A stretch of 64,000 nt of DNA from Lama glama (Eukaryota). The stretch is from positions 43,960,001 through 44,024,000 of the forward strand of contig CM052818.1 of NCBI GenBank assembly GCA_028534125.1, given 5' to 3'. The notes beneath the pieces are model-generated. The model did no database searches and was not told where the DNA came from. It saw nothing but the letters and a program-made list of their open reading frames with translations. Every line of letters starts with the position of its first letter. Position 1 is the stretch's first letter. Below, in pieces: positions 14,061 to 27,030 of the stretch. Made by a program: the position numbers and the translations under genes.

Positions 14061-14885
14061 CTGTGTCTTCTTCCACGAGGCTGTGAGCATTCTGCAGGGC
14101 AGGCGTTGAGTCCAATTTATTTCTGTGTCTTCACTGCCTTCAATGGGGCTACACTCGATGCTCAGGAAATGTCTTCAGTATCATGAAATAGATGCTCCTG
14201 AAATAGATGGCTCCTAGGAAGGGACTGAACACAAGTAGGCACAGACACACAGAGTGAAACAAACACGTACATACACCCAAATACACACGCAGAGACACAC
14301 ACAGTGACACACACCTACATGCAGACACACACAGCCCATTGAGAGAACTTTTCTTAATAGCCTAATATAATGAATAGAGAAAGTCCCTGAGGTTGGTGCA
14401 GAGGTCCCGGGTGGCTCGGGGATCTGGCTTCGGACCTGCACAGCACCTGCGATGGCTCAGCCCCAGCGTGGAGGGAGCCGCCCGGTCAGCCCCCTGCACC
14501 CCCAGGCCTGTGTTTTCACACAGTCAGTAACTGCGAGTTTTCCTCTGGGTGTCGGTGAGCCCGGCCTCCAGCGAGACAGAACTAGGTCTGTTTGTGTTCA
14601 AGGTTGTCCATCCACACAGCCACTTCCGGCCCCAGAGAGTAAAAGCAGGGCTCACTGGAAGGAGGTGCAGGACGGAGGGGAAGGGAGAGGGAGGCTACGT
14701 TCAAACCGGCAGCCGAGGTCGGGGTGGCTGCAGCTCAGGCTGGAAGTGTCTTTCGTTGCTCTGCCGCTCGCTACTTTCTCAGCAAACTCCATCAGACAGT
14801 TGACTCAGTTTGCCTCAGTTTGTGCCACCCTTTCCCCCTCCTTCGTGGCACTAAGAGAGTGAAACACAAAATTGCTGTCAGTTGA

Positions 14886-15285
14886 TGGATCCGTTTCCCA
14901 GCACTGCTCTAACACGTGACCACGAGTTGGGTGGTTCAAAAGACCAGGAATGTGTCTGCTCAGAGCCCTGGAGGCCAGAAATGTAGAATCAAGGAGTCGG
15001 CAGGACCTTACGAGACCTGGATGCCCTTGGGGACAGCCTGCTCCCGTTTCGGATGGCTCAGCTATTCCTTATCTTATGGCCACATCACTCTGATCTCTGC
15101 CATCAGGGCCACATTACCTCCTCCTGATCGCTTATCTCTTAGGATATGTGTAGTTGCATTTCGGCCCCACCTACATAATCCAGGGTAAGCCACAATGACC
15201 CTTTCTCCAGATAAGGCAAGTCCCAGGCCAGGGGTTCAGGATATAGACATATCATTTCGGGGCCCATCATTAAGTCAACTTTAGC
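14886..15285 (-). mobile_element. MLT1 (B/C-like) MaLR LTR
   Basis: ctggaggccagaaatgtagaatcaagg...tggccacatcactctgatctctgcc...ataatccaggg...gacatatc. Confidence 0.75.
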
Positions 15286-15521
15286 TGACACGGCTTCACC
15301 TGAATTACCTGGATTCACGTTCCAAAGACACATCTCTAGACTGAGGTTTAGAAGACATGAGGTCCAGGAACTTGAATTTAGAGCAAGCTCCCTGAATGAA
15401 TGAATCTGATAGCTCAGCCAGATTTGGAAAACCCTGCCTAGAGCTTGTATCAGTACACAATTAATTTAAGAAGTCTCTAGAGTGATATTTCTAAAACACA
15501 GATCAAAAGCATGCCATTTCT

Positions 15522-15692
15522 AAGAGGAAGGTATAGCTCAGTGGTAGAGTGTGTGCTTAGCATGCACAAGGTCCTGGGTTCAATCCCCAGTGCCTCCATT
15601 AAAAAAATTAATAAATAAACCTAATGACCTCCCCCCACCAAAAATTTTTAAAATAAAATTAAAAATAAATTTAAAAAAATTAAAGGAAAAAA
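15522..15692 (+). mobile_element. Camelid tRNA-Ala-derived SINE (vic-1 type)
   Basis: Head ggtatagctcagtggtagagtgtgtgcttagcatgcacaaggtcctgggttcaatccccagt (A/B boxes, tRNA-Ala AGC-like), A-rich tail, TSD aaaagcatgccatttct (15505-15521) / aaaagcatgccgcttct (15693-15709). Confidence 0.92.
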
Positions 15693-15709
15693 AAAAGCAT
15701 GCCGCTTCT

Positions 15710-16185
15710 CAGGCTCCATCCTCCTGTGCTCCAGGTCCGTCTTAACCTCCCTCCTCACACTCTATGTGCAGAGGGTGCTTGGACCACACAGGGCACTTTG
15801 TAATTCGCTGAAGATGCAAAGTCTTCTCCTATCTCAAATTCATGTCTCCCCTCTATTCAGAATGTTCCCTCCCCAACTTTAGTTTTATTTACTCTTCTAT
15901 GTATTTGAGCATTTACTTCAAGTCATGTCTCCCAGGATTTGTTGGCCCTCTTGTTCACTCCCTGCAGCTCTGGGTTCACATCCCCAGCACAGCAGTTAGC
16001 CACACTGGACTGTGATTGCCTGCTTCTCTCTCCCTCTCTCTTTCTCTCTCTCCCCTGTTAGATTGTGAGCTCAGTGGGGGCCAGAACCATGTCTCACTCA
16101 CCTTTCTTCCTCTAGTACTTGGCAGATCCTGTGTGATGTAATAGGGCTTGGAATATGTTTACCATGAAATGAAGAATGAATGATT
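15710..16185 (+). mobile_element. L2 3' region
   Basis: ttagattgtgagctcagtgggggccagaaccatgtc...ctagtacttggcagatc...gaatgaatga. Confidence 0.7.
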
Positions 16186-16399
16186 ACCATTCATACAAAA
16201 TTTCCCTCTCTCTGAAGGTCTTTTCTGAATTTTCTTGGTAAGCTCATTCCAATGAGAATTGTGTTTAAAGAGAAAAAGCCCAGAGTCTCAGATTGCATTG
16301 CATTAAAAACAAAACAAAAAGGCATTTTTTTCTTTCATTGGTGGCCTCATATCACTTTCATTTGGATGGGATTTCTTAGTTGACAAAACACAATTACAA

Positions 16400-16550
16400 A
16401 TTCATCTCGCATACCAGTCAAATGAGGTAGACAAGGCAGTTCTTAGTATCTTCATTTTACAGATGAGAACATAGACCCAGTTAGATCAATTGACTTGCCC
16501 AGGGTCACCCAAGCATTCAGTGGCGAAACCCACATGGTCTGATTCAAAGC
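16400..16550 (-). mobile_element. MIR SINE
   Basis: cattttacagatgagaac...tgacttgcccagggtcacccaagc...agtggc...gtctgattcaaagcc. Confidence 0.85.
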
Positions 16551-16959
16551 CAGTAGAATGTGTACCATCCAAGTCTGGAACTTGAGTTGCCTGTTGGAAA
16601 GTCTACGAGGAAAATGTTACTGGAATCAGGCTGACCTGTGGTGGGTCCAGGAGATGCAGCAGCAGAGATCGATCTGGATGATGCAGAGAGGGGTTCACGG
16701 TGGGGCTGGGAGGCCGATGTCTCCCTGAGCCGGTTACCTCTCTTTCCCAGGAGGACAGGCAGGGCAGAGCAACGAGCTGCTGACAGAGTGCAGCGGGGGC
16801 TGTGCTGGGTACAGTTCTGGTCAGAGCTCAAGTGAGCCTGTGGCCAAAGACATATGTCTTTTAGTCCCCAAACACAAGTCTGAATATCTGGAGTTAAAGA
16901 AGGAAGGCAGGCCCCATCCGCCCTGAGGTCAGCTACCCCTCTAGCCAGATATGGACAAA

Positions 16960-17120
16960 GCAGGAAGAGCCACGCCCATGTGTGTGACCGTTCCACGCAC
17001 AGTGACCCACGCATAGTGACCCATCCACTTGCAGACGTGACTCGGTGCGTGACCAATTAGATTAGGACCACTCCTCGGGGGAGGGGCGGGAAGCGGGGGC
17101 ATAGGGAGAAGTCTGGGGCG
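16960..17120. promoter_or_regulatory. CpG-rich promoter/enhancer-like patch
   Basis: KLF/SP gccacgccc (16969), five gtgac, ccaat (17053), GC box ggggcggg (17083); motif evidence only. Confidence 0.3.
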
Positions 17121-17619
17121 CTTCCCCGACTCACATTGACCAGTTTAGTGGTCCCTGCAGTTTGAGAAGCTAGGACCGTCAGGGATAGTCCCCCAGCTTG
17201 TCCTTCACGGCTGTGCATTCACACATGTCAGGGCAGGACCGGAGACTGGGAAGCAGCGGGTTGATTACATACACCTTGATCCCCAGCAAGAAACGGTATC
17301 TTGCTTGATAGAGCCATGGTCTGGGAAATGGGTTGTGCTCACCCAGGTGATGCTCAAGATGGCCCTTTATAAGTGGAAAGACGATACTGGACAGTGTACT
17401 TATGTTGATCTTGTACTCCTTCCTTGTCGACATTTTTATGGTTTTTGTGTGTGTCCGTTCAATGACGAACGTAATATTTCCAGTGCATTTGTTTGAGTAT
17501 ATAATTTATAAACAAACATTTGGATCAAAGTAAAGCCAGATCATTAGTTTCTTACTGGTCCAGAGATACAAATCCAACCCACCAAGTTGATTCTAAGGCA
17601 AAATGGAATGCGGTGATTC

Positions 17620-17785
17620 GGGGACTCCCAAACATCGTTCCACAGATCTGCTTTGATCCAGCTTCATGAGAACTGTTAGAAATAGCAAATGTCAGGTGCC
17701 ACTTCCGGAAATTTCATAGATTCAGAGTGGGGCCCAGCAACCGTCCCTTCCTGCCGTGTCCCCAGGTGGTTCCAGTGCAGAGACA
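17620..17785. mobile_element. MER5A-like hAT-Charlie MITE
   Basis: gagaactgttagaaatagcaaat...gagtggggcccagcaacc...ccccaggtggttc. Confidence 0.6.
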
Positions 17786-18019
17786 GGAGGGCTCCTTTCT
17801 AGGCCTTAGCTCTCCTGCCGCACCACAGAGAAACTGAGCCAGAGGGAGTCCAAAGCCCTTGACACTTTGTGTCTATTAATTTAACTGATTTGGAGGAAAG
17901 GGCATTGGGACAGGTTGGGAAAGCCTCTCGCTAATTTCTACATTTTCATTCATTCATCTTCTGACGTTGCCTCTGGGCATGTCAGTTTCCATATCTATTA
18001 AATAGAAGTAAGAGTTAGC

Positions 18020-18260
18020 CTTTACTCCGTGCTTAGTAAATGCCAGGCGTTCTAACCAGCGAATGTCTAGTAATTCATTCAACACATCAGCTTTATGAGG
18101 CCACTCATGTTTACTACCGTTACTTTGTAGATGGGGAACCTGACACAGAAAAGATGACATAGTTCACTCCTTAGTGACACACAGCTCGTGGGTGTGACGG
18201 CCAGGATATAAACCCTGTTAGTGGGCTCTCCAGCCCACGTTCTTAAACGCAGTGGTATTA
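18020..18260 (-). mobile_element. MIR SINE
   Basis: tgccaggcgttctaa...tttgtagatggggaacctgacacaga...tgacacacagctcgtgggtgtgacggccaggatataaaccc. Confidence 0.75.
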
Positions 18261-20369
18261 GCAACATGCAGTGAATTAGCCTAGAGGAAACTGACTGCCA
18301 CACCAGTGACTAGAATCCAGTGGCTCAAGAATTCTGTGATTCCAAACTAAGAGGGAACAGAAACTACTCACATGCTTACGAGATTCACTCGTCCAGACTC
18401 ATCTGGTGGTCGAGTGCGGTGCTGTGGGAGGGACCCAGAGCTGGGCAGCATTGGGTTCTAGCCCTGCCTTGTCCTGAAAGCAAGGAGCCGATCACTCCTT
18501 CCTTGTGCCTTTCAGCCTCCTCGGCTGCACGACCGGCTGAGGATTTATTCTGTGCCTGATGCCTGTGGCAAAATTTTGAAAAACATGCTTATTGTAGGTG
18601 GAAACAGTGACAATACCAGTCCCAGCTGGGTTTGCTTTGCTGGAAGGTTTCTGAAATGACTGCTTATACCCACGACGGAGGCCAGGACAGCTCCCGTCTG
18701 AAGCCAGGGCCGTCCTGCTCCTTTGCACTGTCAGCTCCATGCTGTCGGTTTCCGGGGAGCGATGAGGACTAAATGGACTGAATGGACTCGCTTGAAGCGA
18801 GTTCGGCTACAGGGGTGCAGGGCTGTCAGGAGGTGAAACGAGCCTGACCTGTCAGCCAGGTAGACCCGAGGCTTCCTGCCTCCTCCTGGGGGCAAGTCCC
18901 AGTGGTTTCACAATGATCCTGCTTTGCAGCCCTCCCTGTATTCAACAAAAACCTTTCCTCTTGTTTTGAAAATGTCCAAGGGAGCTTGAAATCCCTCTGA
19001 GGGATAAGGGAAAATTACAAAGTAATGTCGTGACTTTGAAGACAGAGATGTTCTGAATTTTAACATTAATTTACCCAGGGAGCTTGGATAGGTCATTTTT
19101 TCTATTCTGGACTCATAATCCTTAGGAGTTAGTAGACTTTTTAAAATAAATGGAGAAATGAACAAACAATAACTCACCACCATCATCTTTCATACCTGTA
19201 AGACAGGTGTAATTATGCACACTACTGGGGACAAATTGAAACTCCCAAAGGCTGGACTTAGCCTAGATCACCCAGCAGATAGGCAAAGGGCTAAAGCTAA
19301 GTCCAGATCTTCCAGCTTTTCCCCAGGGCCTTGTCTACGGATCCCTGGCTGCCTCCCGGGGGCTGGCGAACTCAGTTAGGCTGTCACCGTGCGTTAAGCC
19401 CCGTCTTCCCTCTCGTGGAGAGGTCTGAGTGGGGCGTTGGGTCATTGGACACAAAGAGCTCTTTCGCTAGCTGCCCCCACTGAGGACCACCCAGGACAAA
19501 GTCAGTCTCAGACACAGCTGGACAAATTTAGGTCAGATCTGGAGAAGAATTTCCTGGCAGGGCAGTAAGACAATGCGACAAGTTCCTGAGCAAAGTTGTA
19601 ATTTTCATCTTTGGAGGATGAGAAAATTCGGGCAAGTTTCCTCTGTGTCTAAGGAGCGGAGGCATTAACTTTGCATCCTCTCCAGGTCTTTTTATACCAG
19701 ATAGGTCCTTGAAGCCCTGTAGAGGCAAAGCTTGCCCAGAGGAGAAAAGAAGCTGCCTGGAGTAGCAGACAGAGGTGGTCAGCCTGCAAGTATTTATCAA
19801 ATCCCAATTTATATCCCGTGCTGTCCAGATGCCAAGGATGGAGCAACAAATGGGACCGAGTCCTCCTCCAGACAGAATTTTGATTCTAGTGATAGGAAAC
19901 CAACTCAAAAATGAATAAGAGGATATTATATAGCGATGAGACCAGGAAGCTGAAATAAGGTAATCTGAAGGAGAGACTTGGAGCTGCCTTAGCGGGATAG
20001 CCCAGGAGGTCCAGACCCTCTGAGGAAGCATCTTTGCAATTCTGACCTCGAGGGTAAAAAAGCAGCAACCAAGTGGGCAGAGCAGGAAAGAGCAGCCTCA
20101 GAAGAAGGACAATAAATGCGGGGGTTTGAAGTCAGCAGCCTTGACAGAGAGGACTGCACTAACTAGCAGACGGTACCTCTTAGAGTTTCAAATTCTTCAT
20201 CTGTAAAATGGGGACGAAATCAGCACCTACTCATTTGTTGATATTAAATGAGGAAAAAAGATAAATATATAACTGACACATACTGGACACCCCCAAAGTT
20301 CTCTAATTATAGCATTTGGGCAGGCAGGTGTTCGAGGGAAAAAATTGGGCAGAACACCTGTAAAATGTG

Positions 20370-20530
20370 GAGTCAGGAGTGGAATGAATACTGAACGTGG
20401 GGTCAGTCAGATCTTGAATCCGGAGCAGCACTGAGCAGCAGGTGACTTCCGTTGAGTCAGTTTGCCTCTTTGAGCCTCAGTTTCCCCTCCTATAATATGT
20501 AGTTAATATTATACTTTCCCCTGAGAATGT
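20370..20530 (+). mobile_element. MIR SINE
   Basis: cctctttgagcctcagtttcccctcctataatatg. Confidence 0.65.
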
Positions 20531-20534
20531 CATA

Positions 20535-21235
20535 TTTATTTATTCAACAAATATCTCTTGAAAGCTTACTATTTGTCTGGCCCTGTTTCATGAAATGTGA
20601 GAATTCAGCTCCTCCCCCAGCTGTCACGGCGCTTTCAGACTCACGGGGAGGAAGAGACAAAAAAGACAAATGCCGGAGTGCGCTGAGGTATCTGCGAGCA
20701 TCCCTCATCCAGAGCAGCCTGGGAAACGGTCCGCTCAGGTGGCTCTCGCTGCCCAGCGGTGGGTGGGGCGCCCTGCAGCAGACGGAGGAGGAAGCAGGAG
20801 TGATCCTTCACCACTTCATCCTCTGGGTTGCGATGTCCGCTCAGAGCTGCTGCCCTATTTTCTCCTCTCCAGACGCCTGGGAAGAGGGCACGGTAACATG
20901 CAACTTACACATGAAAAGAAAGCAGCTTGCGCTTCAGTTCTGAGGACTCGAAAGACAAGAGCCCCGTATTTGGAGCTCATGGTTGGTATCTTGCGGGGGG
21001 ACGGAGGTCCCATATTCCAGGAACCGGGGCAGGGCGGTAGCTTAACTCCGGGGCAAGGGCGAGGTCCGTGTGTGAGAAGGGTGTGTGGATAGAGTGGGCG
21101 AGCTGCCAGGCAGAATCAGCATCTGGGGATCCGGGTCATGACTGGACTGTGGATTAACAGCCAGAGGGTGTCACGTGGCCCGGAGGGAGGCTGAGGACGG
21201 GGTAACCGCGATGGTGCAGAAGCCGCTGAAGAGGC
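20535..21235 (-). mobile_element. L2 fragment, unusually GC/CpG-rich
   Basis: Starts with the L2 tail atttatttattcaacaaatatctcttgaaagcttactat; the downstream part resembles antisense L2 but has many CpGs. Confidence 0.55.
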
Positions 21236-21255
21236 CGCCCCGTGCTGCGCAGCCG

Positions 21256-21453
21256 GGCAGCCTGGATGTGCGCCCAGGGTCCCACTGTACAGCCCAGGGA
21301 GCTACATTCAGTATCTTGTATATAATGAAAAACAGTATGAAAAGGAATATGTATGTGTAACTGAATCACTATGCTGAAACTAACACAAAGTTGTAAACCA
21401 ACTATACTTCAACTAAAACAAATACAAAAACAAAAACAAAACAAACAAAAAAA
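21256..21453 (+). mobile_element. 5'-truncated camelid/artiodactyl L1 3' end
   Basis: actgtacagcccagggagctacattcagtatcttgta...taactgaatcactatgctg...aactatacttcaa plus A-rich tail; homologous to the reverse complement of 58900-58975. Confidence 0.88.
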
Positions 21454-23659
21454 TCAAGGCACTTGTTGCTCAGCTGCCAGGTATTTCAGGAGCTGCCTTA
21501 CCTCTCAAGTCAGGGCTGTGCTCTTTCCTGGCACCCCCACCCAAATCAATGGCCGAGCCTTGCTGCCCTCCACCCGTCCCTTCGCAGGTGTCAGAGCTGC
21601 ATCGCGGTCTAAAGCTTTGCGGGTCCAGCCCAGCTGCCTTCCTCTCTCATCTCACATAAGCCAGCCCCTCACAAACCTCCGGCTCGGCCAACTCCCTCGC
21701 AGGGTCCTCGTCCAGCTGATGCTCAGCCAGACTGAGCAGTTTACAGTCGCACGCCTGCCCTGAACCCAGCTGTGCCGAGCTGGTCTCGTGGGGGAGCTGG
21801 TGGGACTGACCTCACCACACAACTGCAAGCTTCCTGAACTTTCCTCTTCTCCAGTGTGGCTCTTGGGGCCACCCCTGCCTCACCGATGTGCTCAACTAAA
21901 CCATCTTTTGTTAGCATCAGAATGATTTCTAGTCACACTGCATCGCAATGTGTAAGGAATCTTCTGGGTTGTAACATGCTTCAGTTTGACAGAATTATGT
22001 TGGCAGAAACACCACTCATGTAATTTTCCACTTATTTGCCATTAAAGACATACTAGGACATGTGTCTTTTCCTCATTAGCCTAGGTGGCAAATTCAAGAC
22101 AGTGTTCAATGACGAAGTCAAGCTTTCCCTCTGGGAAGCCTGCCCCACCCACCTGGCAGTCTTTGGGTCCTTCTTTCTCTGACGTGCACGTGCAAACACC
22201 GAAGCATTTTTGTTTCACCTTCTTAAATATTGATTTGGGGAGGGGGAAGGGCAGGAAACTTGTAGCAGCTCCTAGGAGAGTGCCTGACACACAGTGAGTG
22301 TGATTTTAATAAATACATATACTTAATGTAAAGAAATCCAATGTTTACTGAGGGCTGCGATATGATAGGTCTATGTTAGGTGCTGAGAAATAAAAGTAAG
22401 GCACAGCCCCTGCCCTTCCGGAGCTCACAATACAGATAATACGGAGGAGATGCAAGCAACTCAACTTAGAAAAAACAAATACGACCAATCAACAGTAATC
22501 CACATCATCAAAGTCAAAACTGTTGGTCCTTTCTAACCTACCTTTGTTATAGTCTGTTGTCCGAGTCAGAAACCCACAAGGAGAGTGAACCGGTCTCTGC
22601 TGGGAAAGCCTTCTTCCCTCCGCGGCACTTCTAATGCTCTAAAGACCCCAGTGTCTCCTGCACCCAGGAAAGACTGTGACAGTTTTAAAAATATCAGTCA
22701 GCAAGCATAACGTAAGGAAGAAGAAAAGCAGTATCAACCCTGTGCCCTGGTGTTCGTGGTGATAAATAATAAACACGTACTTGTCTTCTTGCTTGCAAGG
22801 GTTTGCTGGGATGGATGATCGTGAGTGTCTGCTGTTTCACTTTAAAGAAAACCTCTCACCTGCCCAGACAATTAAAGGCTACAGTTCATGCTGATTATAG
22901 CTTTATTCTGGGGGCTCCATTTTTCTCACCTCCCAAAGTAGTGCTTATTTCACCTTCGGATACAAATGATACAGTTTCATTCGATGGCAGGATTGAATGT
23001 CTTTAGAAGAGCCTGCAAGCTGTCATAGCCAGGGGGGTTATGTACCAGGTAGGAGTGTGAAATCGATCAAAAAGTTAATCTCCTTGGGAAAATACTGCTG
23101 CCCTGGGAGGCGGCGGGATCGACTGCTCTGTAGTAAGGAGCGATGCTCCGGCAGCATCTGGATGGAGAACTTTCAACCATAACCTGATGTCTCTGAGTTC
23201 GGTGTTGACGCTTCGTCCTGCTCATGCTGTGTGTCCACCCAGTATATGAAGGGGTGGGGCTGCCTGCAACGTGTGCCACGAACTGAGCTCTAACTATACA
23301 CCACCTGTGACCCTGACAGTAGCCCTGAAGGGAGGACTCGGACCAATGCAGCTGAGCCATAAATGATGGGGTCGGAGAGGTAAACGACTGTGATCGCCTG
23401 AGTGGTAAAGGGTGGAAATAATTCCTAGCCCATGTTCTCCTCCCCCCCCCAATATAACATATTCTGAAGTGTTATGAATAAAGTGTAAGATTCAATTCAA
23501 TGCATATAAGGATGATGATAATTTAATAGATACTATGCACAGGTATTTGATCATTGCAAAGGTAACTCGATCCTTGTCTGAGAATGAAAACCCTTTTCGA
23601 CATGGTTTAACCATAACTGCCTCTTGATGGGAAAGTTTTCTATGCATTTATACGTATCA

Positions 23660-23950
23660 CGTGCTCTGCCTGACATGACCTTCTCCTTCTGCCCCTGCTT
23701 TCTGGTAAATCCCTCGTATCTTTTCAAAAAATGTGCAGGTCTAGGTAATTACTCCAACATTTGCTCCCAAAGAACCTGAGCCTCCCATAACTTCGAATTG
23801 TGACTCTTCCTCACAATTTATTTCAAATCCTTGTTTCCATCTCAACAGCCAGTCAGCTTCGAGGGCAGGGCTGGGCATAGTTCCTCTTGGTTTTGACAGT
23901 TGCTGAGCATGGTGTCTGCATACAGTATGTGCTCAGTGTGTGCTTGAAGC
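23660..23950 (+). mobile_element. L2 3' region
   Basis: cagcttcgagggcagggc...gagcatggtgtctgcatacagtatgtgctcagtg. Confidence 0.65.
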
Positions 23951-26099
23951 AGAAAGTGGGCGCAGAGAGAGAGAGGCAGTGGCAAATGTATGTCCCCTTC
24001 ACCCATGTGGATTCAGGTACCTTAGACAGAAGGAAATACCACAGAGTCCCTGAAGCAAAAGGTGGCCATGGCGGGTGTAGGAGCAGAGGGCTAACCAGGA
24101 TATCTCAGCATCTTCAGGAGAACTGAAATCCCAGTGGGCTAGCCCACTCCCAGGTCAAAGAGTCAGTGCCTCGTTCATAGGCATGGATCAAATTCAGAAG
24201 GGCATCCCCATAATTTGCACATTCCAATGGGTTTGTTATCAACCTCCTGGTGATGGAGGGGTGGGTAAAGCAGGCTACACCCCATAGGGGCCTCCCTTTG
24301 TGGGGGATTTTACAAACGCCTGGCATCAGGCTGAGCTTATCCTGAGAATGCATCCGCAACAAAACGTCCTCCTTGAGCACTTGGTGTGAAAGGGAGGAAG
24401 GACAGGCAGTGTCCTCAAGCCCCTCAGTGCCTGACCCCACTGTTGGAACATTTACTGTACTAAAAAGCTGACACACAGCCACCCCCGAGGTGGGCACTGC
24501 CATCGGCCTTCTGTCTTGAAGAGGAAATGGGCTTTCAGAGAGGTGAGGTGATTCACCGCAGCTGGTTAGTGAGGTCAGAATTCACAGCCACGTCTACCTG
24601 ACCCCACCCCATGGTCTTTCCATCTCCCCATTCTCCTGCTTTTCTGGACTGAATCTTTTCCTTTCCTAGCTACCTGGAGAAAATATAGACATTGAATATT
24701 AAACTATAAAGCATTTCCCCCAGTTTGACATGTATTTTTCATAGTCTACTGTGTGAAGACACTCTTCAGGGCACATGGACATCACAGAGCATCATTTGAT
24801 GGGGCTCTCCCTTTGTGTGCTTGCCATGTAATTGGGGATTGGACCAAAGGGAGAGAGGGGATCATAGGAGGATAGTGAGAACCTGCTGTCACAGGCTTGA
24901 ATGAGTGAAGCAGGCACAATTCTGAAAGGCGGAAGTGTCAGGAGAAGTCAGTTCACAGGAGCTGGAAGCAGAGGCCAGGCTTCCCGGAGAGCAAGAGATT
25001 TGGGAGGATGTCTGTGCACAGCCAGGTGCTTGGCCGTCTCCACTTCCTGACAATCATAAGACATCTGGCTTTGGGGATCTGCTTTTCTCTCAACAAGGAG
25101 ACTGTGATGTCAGTCCAGGAGTGCCATCAGAGCTTCATGAAAAAAGTGATTTCAGATTGTTCTGGGTTGGTTTGGGTGGCCCTCAGATGTGGCATAACTT
25201 TTGTGGGCGGTTGTGATATTGGGTTTAGCAAACTCAGCGGCTCTTTGTCTCTACTCAACCACTACCAGAGAAATGGATGGGAGGTCCCCTGAGGGCTCCA
25301 GTTTTAGATATAATCTCATCAATGCCAGTGTTGGAAGGTCTCCAGAGAGATGAACTTCATTTCACAAGTGAGGATGCAGCTCCAGGGAAATAAAGGCCCT
25401 GAGGTACCTCAGTGATCTTGGGACCCAGTCTCCACATTTCCCCATGGAGGACCCAAGGCCCAGGGAAGACGGATGCAGCCTCCTGGTCTTGGTCAAGACG
25501 ATGCTATTTGCTTGGTAACCTGCATTGCTAAACCTCATTGGCACTTAGCATGCTGTGTAAGAATCCTCAAGTCAGTTTCTGAGCTATTGGGCTCAGATAA
25601 ATACAATATATCATTTCATTCCAAAATTATTTACATAATCAGCATTAGTCCACTCATAAATATAAAATACAGAGCCTCAGTGAAAGGTTTTATGGACGCA
25701 ATGTGCTGTGCACTGTTTGGACAGATGTTCTGGGACAGAGAAAGGGAGGTGTTTACAGAAAGCGGTAATTTTCTCAAAACTTATGATACATTCATATATT
25801 TTTCCTCAAGATAAATATAATTAATCAACTCACACTGAAAAAAATACATACGCTTTATTGTCATGGGTTAGGGGGTTAGATAATTCTAGAGACACATTTC
25901 TAGTAGAACTATTGCCAAAAAGTTTCTTATTCCTGGAGCCCTGTGTTATCTCACATGTAATGAACACTTACTGCATGCAAGGCATCCGATTAGATACTGA
26001 GCCCTGATTTGGGGAAAAATCCCAGGGATGGATGCTGCCCAGAGAATGAGAGATGAGATTGAGACTCACAATACGATAATCAGTGATAAGAGCTACAAA

Positions 26100-27030
26100 A
26101 AAAAAAATCAGTCTTTTCTAGATTAATTTACAGACTGAACACAATTTACATCAAAATTCTAGAGTTTTTAAAAGACAAAATGTATCTAAATTGCATCTTG
26201 AAAAATAAACAAATAGGAGCAGAAGAGACATTGGAAAACAAGAGCAAAAGATAGGACTCATCGTATGCAATAATGCTTTATCTAGCTACCAAATTAAGAG
26301 CATGGTAACAGCACAAAATTGGCAATAAAAGGTATGGCATAAAATATACAGCAGTCAAATTACCCCTATTGTGTGGAAAAATCTAGCATGTAATCAGGGA
26401 TATATAATAAACCAAAAAAAGACTGAGTTGTCCAATACAATATGCTTACACATTTGGCTAAGAATTTTTTTTTAATAATCAACTTTTACCTCACGTCATA
26501 TGCTAAAATACGTCCCTGTTGAATTTAATAATTAAACCCAATCCACATTTACAACTTAATTGACTAGGTGTTATTGGGCTGGAGGAAAGCTTCTAATCAC
26601 AATGAAAAAAATCACAAAGAAAAGTAATTGTAGATTTGAACAGATACAAATTTAAAATTTTGCACGCCCTAAAACTTTAAAAATCCAAACTGAATAAGCC
26701 AGGGAGGGGAGAGAAAAATATCACATTGACAACAAGGAACACACTAGAGATATTAGAATAAATTTCAAAGAAAAGTCAAAGATTCCATACATGATGAAAA
26801 AAATGTTAAACTATGGTGGACATTTAGGACTTGACAAAGCTATTGACGAATGATATTAATGTTTGGGGAAATACTGCTGAGATACAGGCTGGAAGATACA
26901 CATATGCTCAGAAGTATATCCAGATGGAGACATGTTTCTAGTGTCTTCTTTTTACTTTACTTTCTAATTTAAAAAAACCCACATTAATTGGTGGTTAAGA
27001 AAGAAAAGACTGTTATTAAAAATAATAAAG
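26100..27030 (+). mobile_element. Ancient L1 (L1ME-like) remnant
   Basis: A-rich tract with ORF2-like motifs (attaatttacagactgaacacaatttacatcaaaatt; acctcacgtcatatgctaaaata; tagatttgaacagatacaaatttaaaattttg). Confidence 0.6.

Noticed and set aside
15526..15600. tRNA-Ala(AGC) gene (also 33905-33980)
   Set aside because: A-rich tail, TSDs and stem-disrupting substitutions show these are SINE heads
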